Shown: positions 31,212 through 40,732, counted from the stretch's first letter. The stretch is DNA of 51,037 nt from Alphaproteobacteria bacterium (GCA_002401545.1 NVTJ01000002.1:1-51037); one strand, 5' to 3'. Translations and numbers: made by a program. Notes: generated by a model from the sequence alone, not told the origin.

Positions 31212-31726
31212 TTTTCATTCCTTTCAGTTATGGAACCCCCGGCCAACGGGCCGACAAAATCCGACAACGGCGAACCAGACGCTTTCGCATCTACCCGTGT
31301 CCGGGGGAAACTGAGTATATTCTGTGTGTTGTATGATCCCTTGTCGTGGGACTTGTTCTTTTTTATTACCGACATTTTTAATATTTCGTCATATTGCGCC
31401 GGCACATGGTCCGGGCTGTCCAGCCGGGTCATATCCGTCCGCCATACCTCATGTGTCGCACTGGTATATTCCACATCATCCAGTTCGACCCCAATTTTCA
31501 GGGCCAGAAAGTGGCGCATATCACCGGACAGGCGGTGCGATACCGTAAAGGCAAAATCAAACGCCAGCTTTTCCAGAAACACCGGACTGCGGTCACCGCT
31601 GAATATCAGCCTTTCGGTGATTTCATTCAGCGCCATCATCTGATCTTCCAGTTCCGTGATTATATCAAGCACCCGCTGAACTGCGGGGCTGTCATGATTT
31701 AAATCATCAAAGGGTTCTCGCATCAC
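31208..31726 (-). CDS. Hypothetical protein of the c4/antirepressor operon
   Basis: Stop/start overlaps with both neighbours. Confidence 0.6.
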   Translation of the reverse strand: MMREPFDDLNHDSPAVQRVLDIITELEDQMMALNEITERLIFSGDRSPVFLEKLAFDFAFTVSHRLSGDMRHFLALKIGVELDDVEYTSATHEVWRTDMTRLDSPDHVPAQYDEILKMSVIKKNKSHDKGSYNTQNILSFPRTRVDAKASGSPLSDFVGPLAGGSITERNEK

Positions 31727-31977
31727 GCATCCCCCATAAGGTCGCGGAATCCGCCAACCACCCGACCAAGGACATAAACCTCTTTGGTCAAACGGCGACC
31801 GACGGTCAGGACAGTTTGCCAGCGGCCACGTTTATCTTTGCGGCTGAAATACATCAGCCACTTGCCGGGGCCGCGTATCCTGCGGTCCCGATCATCAATG
31901 ATCAAATGGTCGAATTTTTCAACACCCGTGATATTCCCGGTGCCAATGGCGTAATAGCCTGTTCCTGCATATGCCAT
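31723..31977 (-). CDS. First gene downstream of c4 RNA (icd position)
   Basis: ATG 31977 preceded by AACAAAGGA, which is both the RBS and the c4 target. Confidence 0.6.
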   Translation of the reverse strand: MAYAGTGYYAIGTGNITGVEKFDHLIIDDRDRRIRGPGKWLMYFSRKDKRGRWQTVLTVGRRLTKEVYVLGRVVGGFRDLMGDA

Positions 31978-32025
31978 GCGCTTGGTCCTTTGTTCGGTTA
32001 ACCCAGACCAAGGTTCGAATCTTGG

Positions 32026-32100
32026 TGACCGGGAACATACAGGTTCGAACTACCGTAACAAAGGAAACGGCCCGCTTGCGCGGCCCATACGTCCCGGCCA
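32026..32100 (-). ncRNA. c4-type antisense RNA
   Basis: 75-nt three-way junction: closing stem TGGCCGGGACGTATGGG/CCTGTATGTTCCCGGTCA, GCAA hairpin, loop TTCCTTTGTT, junction AGTTCGAAC; flanked by complementary a/b target sites. Confidence 0.8.
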
Positions 32101-32211
32101 TAAAGAAATATGACATAAAAAAACACGCTCATTAATATAATGGCGTGTGTCGGACGCCTCTGTTGTTCGGGGTTCGAATCCCGGCAACCACATGGGGCGG
32201 TTACAAGGCGA

Positions 32212-32240
32212 ATCATATGTCACATGATTCGCCTTGTCAA
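32212..32240 (-). promoter_or_regulatory. Promoter of c4/antirepressor operon
   Basis: TTGACA-N17-TATGAT on minus strand, overlapped by a 14-bp inverted repeat. Confidence 0.75.
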
Positions 32241-32272
32241 ATTTTATTTTCTTGCTGATCAAATATATTCAA

Positions 32273-32578
32273 TCAGTCACAAAGAAGTAGCCCTTTCTTA
32301 ATCAAACTTTTCAACAATGAATAATCCAGATAGTCCCTGCCCATTCTACGGGGCAAGCCATTGACACCTTTTTTATCTAACGAATTAAACAAAGTCATCG
32401 CAGAGCCGTTCAAGGCATATACTGCCCTATTTGTTTTTATTGTTACAAATTTCCTAGCTCCAGATGTAAAACATTGTAAACCACTTACTGAAAAATCATC
32501 TTTTGTTTCATCCGCATTAGCTGACATCGGAACCATCGAACCCAACAGAATCAGCGCTATTAAAATCAAATTTCTCAT
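32273..32578 (-). CDS. Exported moron protein (YebY/DUF2511-like)
   Basis: Signal peptide ending ANA, two Cys, VYALNGSA; AT-rich; own promoter. Confidence 0.6.
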   Translation of the reverse strand: MRNLILIALILLGSMVPMSANADETKDDFSVSGLQCFTSGARKFVTIKTNRAVYALNGSAMTLFNSLDKKGVNGLPRRMGRDYLDYSLLKSLIKKGLLLCD

Positions 32579-32612
32579 AAAACTTCCCCTAGAATCACCA
32601 TTGAAGACTTCA

Positions 32613-32642
32613 ATTCTAGGACGTGGGGCATTCCGGTGTCAA
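32613..32642 (-). promoter_or_regulatory. Moron promoter
   Basis: TTGACA-N18-TAGAAT upstream of 32578. Confidence 0.55.
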
Positions 32643-32650
32643 TCTTTCCC

Positions 32651-32953
32651 TCAGCCACCAAATTCAATCAACCATTCCCAACGAACGGATTCCGGCTCAC
32701 CTTTGACATAATGTTTTTTACCTGTGATCTCAAAAACATCGCCGCCCTGAACAATTGGCAAATCCGCTTTTCTGACCTTTATTCTCTTTCCCCCGCCATC
32801 GAAATCATGGCCCAGAATACTCACATCCTGATCCGTATCCACGTCCAGATACTTAACCGCAACACCGGAACCCGTGCCACCCGCATAATACATCGCATCC
32901 AGCCCGTAGGCCGGATGATTGAAAACCGTATCTGAAAGCAGTGAAAATGGCAT
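32651..32953 (-). CDS. Head-tail joining protein (gpFII-like)
   Basis: Size, position, GDVFEI.G..Y.V.GEP. Confidence 0.65.
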   Translation of the reverse strand: MPFSLLSDTVFNHPAYGLDAMYYAGGTGSGVAVKYLDVDTDQDVSILGHDFDGGGKRIKVRKADLPIVQGGDVFEITGKKHYVKGEPESVRWEWLIEFGG

Positions 32954-32959
32954 AAATTA

Positions 32960-32987
32960 TAAAAGGGCGGCCGCGAAGCCACCCTTC
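32960..32987 (-). terminator. Putative intrinsic terminator after capsid genes
   Basis: AAGGGTGGC-ttcgcg-GCCGCCCTT-TTAT on minus strand. Confidence 0.5.
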
Positions 32988-33006
32988 CTCTTCGCAAATA
33001 ACCAGA

Positions 33007-33339
33007 TTAAGACTGGGTCAGCTTGACACGACCCGTCGCAGACGGATTGGCCGCCACCAATACCGCAAGCCCGATCAGGGTATTTGCCGTGACCACAGTG
33101 GTGCATTTTTTTGCCGTATTGTCCCAATAAATCTTGGCACCGACCGTCCATGCCTGGGCCAACAGTTTCTTCAGGTCAAACACGCCCTCAGTCACCAATT
33201 CCACATCAACACCGCTAAGGGCATCACCGGACGCCACACCAAACAGGCGGCCAATCAACGCACCTGCGCCACTGACCACGTCATATGGTGCCGCCGCCGT
33301 AAGCGTAGCACCCTGTTGAACATAATTTTTCATGTCCAT
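33007..33339 (-). CDS. DUF2190 capsid cement/decoration protein
   Basis: MKNYVQQG, GVF.L.K, G.KIYWD. Confidence 0.85.
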   Translation of the reverse strand: MDMKNYVQQGATLTAAAPYDVVSGAGALIGRLFGVASGDALSGVDVELVTEGVFDLKKLLAQAWTVGAKIYWDNTAKKCTTVVTANTLIGLAVLVAANPSATGRVKLTQS

Positions 33340-33366
33340 TTCTCCTAAGTTTCATTCGTGAAAATT

Positions 33367-33395
33367 AAGGTGATATGGCGAACCCATATCACCTT
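33367..33395. other. Perfect 12-bp hairpin after major capsid gene
   Basis: AAGGTGATATGG-cgaac-CCATATCACCTT. Confidence 0.6.
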
Positions 33396-33402
33396 GTTAA
33401 TA

Positions 33403-35493
33403 TTAATTCGGGTTTTTCTGGAAACCACGGTGATCAATTGGAGCGCCGCCGCGATCAATACGAACCTTGATTTCAACACCATCCACATTAAAACCATGGC
33501 GGGTTTCAGTAAACATACCCTCCTGACCCTCAAGATGCGCCAATTCAATAGTATCAATCTGCATAGGGTCAGCGATGATATACCAAGATGTTTTGCTGAC
33601 TGCATCCAAACGCGGGTCTACCAATAATTCTAACTTACCCTTAAATGGATTTTCATCAGCTGCTTTGGCAGGTACAATGTTTGTTGAAAGAAATTTTTCA
33701 GCGTCGGTTTCAAGAGCCGCAGGAACCAATAGGAATTTCATGATCAAATTTAGTATTTCATCATCAGAAAGCCCGGTTTGCGTCCGCATAGCAGTCCGCA
33801 TTTTTCCAAGACTGGCTACTGATATTAAAGCCCCCGTAGCAAGGTTTTTATGGTCAGAATGAAACAGGGCCGTGCCATCACCCATAACATAGTTACCGGT
33901 GATAAAAGCCATAACCATATCACCTTCAAAATCAGAAGCCTTACGACCAAAAATCTGAGGAATACGATCAAACGCACTCATATCATCATTGATAATAGCC
34001 TGACGAGACAAGGCAATAATGCGGCCATAAGAATCAATTTTATATTTCTCTGATGCTTCACCAAATGACCCGCGTTTGAATTCCCCGTGTTCATTGACTT
34101 TTTCAAAAGCCATATCACCGCCACCTATTTGTGCGCGCTCTATTTGCTTAAAGTCTTTTACACCAATACGTCTGGTAAACCGTTCCCATACACGCGGAGC
34201 TTCGTCGTATGCGCTTCGCAGGGTACGGTTTATCGTATTACCCAGAATGATAGGAAAATCACTGGTACCCATCATTCCACCAGACCGCTGCTCAGTATTT
34301 AGTGCTATACCAACAATTTCCATGGGCGTTAAACCACGAACCTTCCCGCCCCTTTGAACAATGCAGTCACGGGCAATGTCCACAAGAGACATACCCCGAT
34401 ATTCCCTTGCGGCGTCCGTCAATTCATTATTTTGATAATTGGCGCGGTGAGCAATAGCACATTGCATCGCGGCCATACGGGTTTCATCTTCATTCTGACC
34501 ATCATGCGGCATCTCAACCTGAGTCCGAATGACGGTCAGTTCCTGCCGCTTGGCAACTTCATCATGCATACGAACCTTGGACTCATCGACACTAAGGCCC
34601 TGCTCAACAAAGCGCGTGGCAACAGCGTCATCCAGCCCGACAGAACGGCCTGCCGCCTGAATGTCAGTTACCCGTTGACGCTCTGCCGCCCGAATAGCGT
34701 TTTCATCAAGACCGGCAGCTTCCAGAGCAGGGTCTTTCTTCGGTTTACGGTCAAGCCGCGTTTCGGTGGATTCCACATTCTCAGAAACATTCTGAGATTG
34801 TGGAGCATTCTCATTTGACCGGTTCTCTGTTGCGGCGGTCTGTTCCGCATCCTTTTTGATAGCCTTTGGCATATCAATTCCTTTCTGTTGCGGTGGGTCA
34901 GACCTCACCATTTCCAAAATACACGGGTTTAAATTTTGACTGTTCTGGCGGACTCCCGCGTCAGCATCCGCCGGAACAGTTACAAATGAAATTTCAAAAG
35001 GTTGCCATTCCACCGCCCGATATTCGTCGGGCTTGTCTTCGTTTTTGGTAACCTCATATTTTTGAACGCTATATCCAATCGATACATTGCGGATAATCCC
35101 GTCCCTGATATCCTGCCAAATCGGTTCAACATCATCCCGGGATGACAGGCGGATTGTGGCCATTGCCACACCGTCCGCCACCCATGCCCGTTCCACCACG
35201 CCAATCTGACTACTCAGTTGATAGAATGAATGGCTATCAAGACACGGTGCGCCGCCATTAAGACGGGACAGGTCCATATGCTTTGGGTCAAGGGACAGTT
35301 CTTCCACATACCGCCCCCGCATAAAGCTAAACCGCATAACCCGTGCACCGGTGGAAAAAACCACATCGACGGTGCGTTTGTCCTCATTTATCGTATCTGC
35401 CCGGAATTCCGCCATACGATGCTGATTTTCAATGTCCACTGATTTACGGGTATAGCTTTCTGTCTTATCAGTCTTTTGAACTGGCATTTGCAC
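33403..35493 (-). CDS. Prohead protease-major capsid fusion
   Basis: Protease LDSH, NVSIGY, WQPFEISFVTVPAD; capsid TSDFP.IL, EHGEF, RQAIINDD. Confidence 0.92.
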   Translation of the reverse strand: MQMPVQKTDKTESYTRKSVDIENQHRMAEFRADTINEDKRTVDVVFSTGARVMRFSFMRGRYVEELSLDPKHMDLSRLNGGAPCLDSHSFYQLSSQIGVVERAWVADGVAMATIRLSSRDDVEPIWQDIRDGIIRNVSIGYSVQKYEVTKNEDKPDEYRAVEWQPFEISFVTVPADADAGVRQNSQNLNPCILEMVRSDPPQQKGIDMPKAIKKDAEQTAATENRSNENAPQSQNVSENVESTETRLDRKPKKDPALEAAGLDENAIRAAERQRVTDIQAAGRSVGLDDAVATRFVEQGLSVDESKVRMHDEVAKRQELTVIRTQVEMPHDGQNEDETRMAAMQCAIAHRANYQNNELTDAAREYRGMSLVDIARDCIVQRGGKVRGLTPMEIVGIALNTEQRSGGMMGTSDFPIILGNTINRTLRSAYDEAPRVWERFTRRIGVKDFKQIERAQIGGGDMAFEKVNEHGEFKRGSFGEASEKYKIDSYGRIIALSRQAIINDDMSAFDRIPQIFGRKASDFEGDMVMAFITGNYVMGDGTALFHSDHKNLATGALISVASLGKMRTAMRTQTGLSDDEILNLIMKFLLVPAALETDAEKFLSTNIVPAKAADENPFKGKLELLVDPRLDAVSKTSWYIIADPMQIDTIELAHLEGQEGMFTETRHGFNVDGVEIKVRIDRGGAPIDHRGFQKNPN

Positions 35494-36979
35494 TATCCTT
35501 TTTCGCTGGTTTTTTTTCTGTTTTCTGCAATTTCTGGCGGGGGTCCGATGTCAGGATGATTTTCCGATCATCCAGCATCTGGTTCATGGCCGCGATCTCA
35601 TCCAGATGCTGTTCAGGATCTTCACCACGGTCCGATATTGTCCGTTGCAATGTGGTAATGCCGGACTTGATCAGGGCTTCCTGACCTTCCGCATCTTTAC
35701 GGGGATCAATCCATGGCCGGATAGGGGCCGTCCATGTGGCTGGGTTATATCCCGGCTGACGTTGTCCCAGAAATACCGCAACATCATTGACATGATTCCA
35801 GACCCGTTTACATAATTGAGGTACCATCATAAGATGCTGCCAGATATCCAGCACCGCCCAGAATTCCACTTTGCCGCCACGGAGCGATCCATAATTCACA
35901 TCCGCCAGATTTCCCGTTAATTGCTCGTAACTTATTCCGATACCCGCCGCGATGGCATGTTGCTGGACCTTCATATAATCCCCATAACCCGGCACACTGG
36001 CGGGCGATCCAAACTTCACATCCTGATCATGTCCATGACGATAAACCCGACCGGGTGATATGCGCTCGACCAGATCACCTTTGTCGTCTTTTTCCCCAGT
36101 ACCCGCAAAACCACCATGCTTGCCAGGTGAAGAAGTCTGAATAAATGCCACAAAACACGCCTCAATCTTCTTGCGAACAAGTTCCGCAGCGTCATAATCT
36201 TCCACATCACGGGTTTTCAGAGCAACCGGGGCCATCCACGGCACACCGGCCACCTGTCCGGGGCGTAATTTATCAAAGATCGGGATAATTTCACGAGCAT
36301 CAATCCTCTGACTGGCAAATCCCTTGCGGTAATTGACCAGACTATCACCAGGGTGCTGAGGAAACAGCCAATAGGCGACCCTGCGACCATGTCGGTCAAA
36401 TTCACGGCCCAATATGATAATATTGCCATTTTTCAGGGATTCATTTTTGCCATAATCAATAAAATCTGATTCCAGCACTTCCAACTGAACAGGAATATCC
36501 ATCTTCCATGAACTTGGCCGCTTTCGAATCCTGATCAAACATTCCCCGCTTTCAAAAACAGCGCGGATTACCAGCCCCTGCAGCCCGTAGAAATCCATCA
36601 TGCCTTCAGGGTCGCAATTATCAGAAAATCTTTCCCACTGATCCATGATCAGGTTTTTTTCTTGCTTTGTCCCACGCGGTAAATAGGGCGTAATTCCCCG
36701 CCCAACCACATTCGACTGGATGATCCTTACCGCTTTCGCGCCCCATGGGCTGTTCCGTACAAGATCCCGTGACCGATTACGAAGATTGAATATTGCCGGA
36801 CCTATTTCAGCATTAGCCGACGTGCCAAGGGCTGTCCATCCCCCAGTTTGGTTGGTATTCTTGGCCGCATCATAAGCCCGGGTCATTTCTTCGAGAGCAA
36901 AGCGCGCGCCCATGCGGCGGGCCGCCCACTCTGGCGATATCATCGCAAGGCCACGCTCCAAAATGTTTTTACTTGACAT
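35468..36979 (-). CDS. Lambda-family portal protein
   Basis: LRNRSRDLVRN, RPGQ..GVP, NYGSLR, WIDP.KD. Confidence 0.93.
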   Translation of the reverse strand: MSSKNILERGLAMISPEWAARRMGARFALEEMTRAYDAAKNTNQTGGWTALGTSANAEIGPAIFNLRNRSRDLVRNSPWGAKAVRIIQSNVVGRGITPYLPRGTKQEKNLIMDQWERFSDNCDPEGMMDFYGLQGLVIRAVFESGECLIRIRKRPSSWKMDIPVQLEVLESDFIDYGKNESLKNGNIIILGREFDRHGRRVAYWLFPQHPGDSLVNYRKGFASQRIDAREIIPIFDKLRPGQVAGVPWMAPVALKTRDVEDYDAAELVRKKIEACFVAFIQTSSPGKHGGFAGTGEKDDKGDLVERISPGRVYRHGHDQDVKFGSPASVPGYGDYMKVQQHAIAAGIGISYEQLTGNLADVNYGSLRGGKVEFWAVLDIWQHLMMVPQLCKRVWNHVNDVAVFLGQRQPGYNPATWTAPIRPWIDPRKDAEGQEALIKSGITTLQRTISDRGEDPEQHLDEIAAMNQMLDDRKIILTSDPRQKLQKTEKKPAKKDSANASSKD

Positions 36980-36980
36980 T

Positions 36981-37175
36981 TTAATCCCGTTCAAATTTCA
37001 TGATCGTGGATGTAAAACCACTCTGGGCTTGCAATTCCTGTTCAATGGAATTTATCCGATTTTGAAGATCGCGCGCACTTCCGAACTTGACCTTGCGCCC
37101 ATCTTCTTCAATTTCCAGCACGCCCTCAGCATATGCGGCTTTCAGCTTGTCTAATTGTGATAGGGTATAGGCCAT
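36981..37175 (-). CDS. Head-tail adaptor gpW-like
   Basis: 64 aa between terminase and portal; L..AYA.G.....DGRKV. Confidence 0.8.
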   Translation of the reverse strand: MAYTLSQLDKLKAAYAEGVLEIEEDGRKVKFGSARDLQNRINSIEQELQAQSGFTSTIMKFERD

Positions 37176-39163
37176 TAATTGATCCAGTCATCACGAATAT
37201 CAGCCAGCCAATCATCCCCATTACTGGTGGGCTTATCTTCGGTTTCTTTTTCTCTGGTTTCCTGATTTTCAGGCTCTTGAGGCCCATGAACCTTAGATGC
37301 CTGAATGAATAAATCACCCTGATCCTCTGGAACTTCCCTTTTCCGCGCCAACGCCCGCCAATCATCATCGGTCATCAAATTAATACCCAGATGGTCCGCC
37401 ATAGCCATGTTATAAACACGGCAATCCAACCAATGGTTCTCACCTGATTGTTCCCAGGACAAAATTTCACGGCCAACGCTATTGGTTTTTTTCTTAATAT
37501 ATTCGGCAGTAATCTGTTTAAAAAACCGCTTTTCGTGAGCTTCACAGAAATGGCAATAACCCTGCGGGTTGAATTCCTGACCCTCTTTGATGCCTTCTTT
37601 GCGCAAATTGGCATAGAATTCAGATTTCAGGGACCACGTCCCCACATGCCAAAGTTCAACCCCGTTTTTAACCTTCTCACCATCATAATCCACATCTTTC
37701 AAAGATGGCTTGCGGGATATGGCCGGATTATGCCACCCGCCCTGATCACCCATTACAGCCCGCCGCCTCTGCGGATCCTTTCGTACCCAACGGTACACAC
37801 TGTGCGATGACCAACCACTATCACAGGCAAACGCATCTATAGGCCAGGCATGACCAAAACTGTCGGGATATTTACGGCCCGAAACTTCTGATAATTTTAG
37901 CCAGGCCACATCATCAGCCGCCGCAGGATCCCCGGTCAGAAACCCGTAATCCACCGACCAACTGGTGCCGCCATACCCCCACGCCGTGACCTCATAATAA
38001 ATCCCGTCCCCCTGCACGTCCGCAGCCCCGGTCAGAAATAACGCACCAATAGGCAGGGTCTTAAGTTTGTAATCTTCCCGCCGGGAATATAACTTCTTCC
38101 AAGCTGGTGCATCCCCCCGCTCTTCCCATGCCAAACCCAGACGTAAATTATAAAATGCTTTTAATTTTCTGGGATTGCCCTGAGCTTCCAGAAAATCTTT
38201 TACAATATTCCCCCAAGGCACAAATGGACTGATAAATGCATTCAGATGAAACGACGGTTCACGACCCTCATTTGGAAATTCGGCAATCCACCGCCCCGCC
38301 GCGACCATTTTTCGTTTATGATGTTCTTCCACAACACCGCCACAGTCTGGACAGGCAAAATAGGGGTTGTAGGGTGGTGACTTGTCAAAGAAAAACAAGT
38401 CCTTTTCAAAAGCCAGAACAAATTCATGGCCACAATGTGGGCAAGGTAAATGATATCTACGCCGATCACCCGCCTCAAACATTTTGTTAATTCGTGAAAT
38501 TTGCAGAATAACCGGTGTTGAAACTTCCGCCGACTTCCAATCACCAGTCATTTCATAAGATGTATGTCGCGCATCGATCAGGCCATGGGGATCGCCGTCG
38601 CTTCCAACTTCCAGCGGGAACCTGTCAACTTCATCCCGGTAATCATATTTGATGGTTTGAGAACTCAAACCAGTTGGGCTGCCCGCACCCGTTAAAGTCA
38701 GGAAACCCCCGATAAAAGATTTCTCCAAATTAGTAGAGCCACCACCGCCACCACCGATTTTTTGATCTTTAACAGTTTTCCGCAACGCAGAAGACGTATC
38801 AATAATTGGTTGAAATTTCTTCTTGTTAAACTTCTTGATATTATCCCCGTCCGGAAACACAAAAAGCATATTTGCGGGATAATGGATAATGGCAAAATCC
38901 GCAGCGATGATTAACACCAGGGATAACCCGGTTTGCGCCGATTTCATTATCGATGTTCTATTGCAAGGATAAGATGGATCCATACATTCCAGAGGTTCGC
39001 GGGCATAAGGGGTAATATTCACATCATACATCTGCCCGGCATAAGGCCCGTCTGGCACAACAATATTTTCCGCAGCCCAATCGCAGATATCCACATCTTC
39101 AGGCGGCGCAAGGGCAGCGGAGATTGTCATACTGACCACCAATGCCGCTGTTGCAAAACTCAT
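37175..39163 (-). CDS. Terminase large subunit (lambda gpA family)
   Basis: KSAQTG, DEVDR, STP, PCPHCG, ADVQ, DSG, NHWLDC. Confidence 0.95.
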   Translation of the reverse strand: MSFATAALVVSMTISAALAPPEDVDICDWAAENIVVPDGPYAGQMYDVNITPYAREPLECMDPSYPCNRTSIMKSAQTGLSLVLIIAADFAIIHYPANMLFVFPDGDNIKKFNKKKFQPIIDTSSALRKTVKDQKIGGGGGGSTNLEKSFIGGFLTLTGAGSPTGLSSQTIKYDYRDEVDRFPLEVGSDGDPHGLIDARHTSYEMTGDWKSAEVSTPVILQISRINKMFEAGDRRRYHLPCPHCGHEFVLAFEKDLFFFDKSPPYNPYFACPDCGGVVEEHHKRKMVAAGRWIAEFPNEGREPSFHLNAFISPFVPWGNIVKDFLEAQGNPRKLKAFYNLRLGLAWEERGDAPAWKKLYSRREDYKLKTLPIGALFLTGAADVQGDGIYYEVTAWGYGGTSWSVDYGFLTGDPAAADDVAWLKLSEVSGRKYPDSFGHAWPIDAFACDSGWSSHSVYRWVRKDPQRRRAVMGDQGGWHNPAISRKPSLKDVDYDGEKVKNGVELWHVGTWSLKSEFYANLRKEGIKEGQEFNPQGYCHFCEAHEKRFFKQITAEYIKKKTNSVGREILSWEQSGENHWLDCRVYNMAMADHLGINLMTDDDWRALARKREVPEDQGDLFIQASKVHGPQEPENQETREKETEDKPTSNGDDWLADIRDDWIN

Positions 39164-39165
39164 TT

Positions 39166-39741
39166 TTATTTCATATCCGTTTTAATTTTTTCAGAAAGCC
39201 TTTTCAAAAGACACTTGTTTTCTTCCAGCCGGTGCGCCTTGACCTCTTTCGGATCAGACATACTCGCCAGTTCAACACTGGTCCGGGCCGGCTGGGCCAG
39301 AAGCTCATCCCGTATCGTCCGGAACGCTTCAAATATATGTTTTTGAATATCATCCACCCGCACATACTGGCCCTGGCGAATCTGCAAATCCATTTCAGCT
39401 CTGTCAGCCTTTGCAATCTCTACCCTGGTCCGCGCACCATTCAATGCCGAACCCGCCGCAGGCTCTTGGCTATCCACGACTTCCGGCACATGATCATTAC
39501 CCAATGGCAATTCACCAGCCACCCGACCAGCATGATTACCGGACTTGGCCATATTCGTGGCCTGAGCGCGAACAAGATTAAATTTTGTCTTGCTGATCAG
39601 GATTGATCGCCCTTGCTTCCCCTGCACTAAATCAGGGTTGGCCTTCACTATCCTTGTAACGGTTGATTTATTTAATCCTGTGGCATTTGCGACATCGGAC
39701 AAATTCATAATATCCACATTCGTACTTGCCGCCTGTCCCAT
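39166..39741 (-). CDS. Terminase small subunit
   Basis: N-terminal HTH plus coiled coil; directly upstream of large subunit. Confidence 0.75.
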   Translation of the reverse strand: MGQAASTNVDIMNLSDVANATGLNKSTVTRIVKANPDLVQGKQGRSILISKTKFNLVRAQATNMAKSGNHAGRVAGELPLGNDHVPEVVDSQEPAAGSALNGARTRVEIAKADRAEMDLQIRQGQYVRVDDIQKHIFEAFRTIRDELLAQPARTSVELASMSDPKEVKAHRLEENKCLLKRLSEKIKTDMK

Positions 39742-39766
39742 ATAATCCGCCAGAAATTACCTTTAA

Positions 39767-39889
39767 TGTTGTGCCAGTTGCATACCTATGTTGCGTGATT
39801 TTCCTAAGTTGCATCAATAAAAACACCCCCCAATAAAAAAACCTCGATGCTAGAAACCCCCATATAGCGCGAAAGCCCAGAGAGGACCC
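39767..39889 (-). other. Putative cos region
   Basis: GGGTCCT (same as lambda cosQ) at 39889-39883, candidate nick site about 22 nt downstream, repeated GCAAC motifs before terS. Confidence 0.6.
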
Positions 39890-39954
39890 GTGGGCTATTG
39901 TTGATAATCACTATCAGATTTCACTAACACATTGTATTTATTGAGTTATTTTGA

Positions 39955-40020
39955 AAGAGGCACCCCGCCGGTCTGTGTGAACCGGACGGCAGGGTGCAGT
40001 CGTTCAGGGAGGAAACTATA
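39955..40020 (-). ncRNA. Candidate suhB/MmgR-like small RNA
   Basis: TTTCCTCCCT (40015-40006) followed by GCACCCTGCCG/CGGCGGGGTGC stem. Confidence 0.5.
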
Positions 40021-40034
40021 TCAATAATGGCAAT

Positions 40035-40066
40035 AAAAAAGGCCCGCATAGTTTCCTATACGAGCC
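40035..40066 (-). terminator. Intrinsic terminator at the tR'-like position
   Basis: GGCTCGTATAG-gaaa-CTATGCGGGCC-TTTTTT. Confidence 0.8.
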
Positions 40067-40096
40067 TTGGTTGCTTTTATCGCCACAGCCACCATG

Positions 40097-40732
40097 TCAA
40101 TTCTCACCGCCGTCGTCAATGTTTTTTTTCCATGGGTCATGCTGAATACCGAGTGACACCACCTGATAGCCATTTAGTTTCAATGGGTTCGCCTGATAAT
40201 ATTTTTTTAGTCTATCAACCGCATTTACAAACTTTGAATAGATTTCCCGTGCAATTTCGATTTGCTGTGGCGAAATAATGAGTTTCAGTTCGCATAGATA
40301 TGGTCGCTTTGAGTTCCTCATATCTGCATATAACATCTTAGGTCTGCCCCGACGATCCAACACCGGGCCGAGCTTCGGCACAGCACCCGGCATCCAGTTC
40401 GGCAGCACCCCGGTCTGACCATAGTGGATGATCTGCCCCGTCTGAACATAATCAAACATCCTGATATCAACAGCAGATCGGACGAGGTCATGGACTTCCT
40501 CGGCATCAGTATCCAGCGACCCGTGATCAGGGCCATAGTAATCGATCTCTACCCCAAGGATAGCGTTGTCCATGCAGCGGGCGACACCGCACCCGGACAC
40601 AGCCTGGACCACCCGACCATCGGCACGTCGTTCATCAGGCAGCAGTCCCCGGCCCTGATCGACCACGAGGTGAGCCTTCTGTGCGCCGTATGTCCACTGC
40701 AACAGGGCAGCCATGGAGATATCTTTCTTCAT
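40097..40732 (-). CDS. Probable late-gene regulator (Q position)
   Basis: Last early gene before terminator and cos; function inferred from position only. Confidence 0.5.
   Translation of the reverse strand: MKKDISMAALLQWTYGAQKAHLVVDQGRGLLPDERRADGRVVQAVSGCGVARCMDNAILGVEIDYYGPDHGSLDTDAEEVHDLVRSAVDIRMFDYVQTGQIIHYGQTGVLPNWMPGAVPKLGPVLDRRGRPKMLYADMRNSKRPYLCELKLIISPQQIEIAREIYSKFVNAVDRLKKYYQANPLKLNGYQVVSLGIQHDPWKKNIDDGGEN

Noticed and set aside
32168-32183. GGTTCGAATCCC looks like a tRNA T-arm
   Set aside because: No cloverleaf around it; explained as the a1 target hairpin of the c4 system
31998-32216. Ash-like ORF across the c4 region
   Set aside because: Starts within the promoter -10 and overlaps the structured RNA; likely a shadow of RNA conservation
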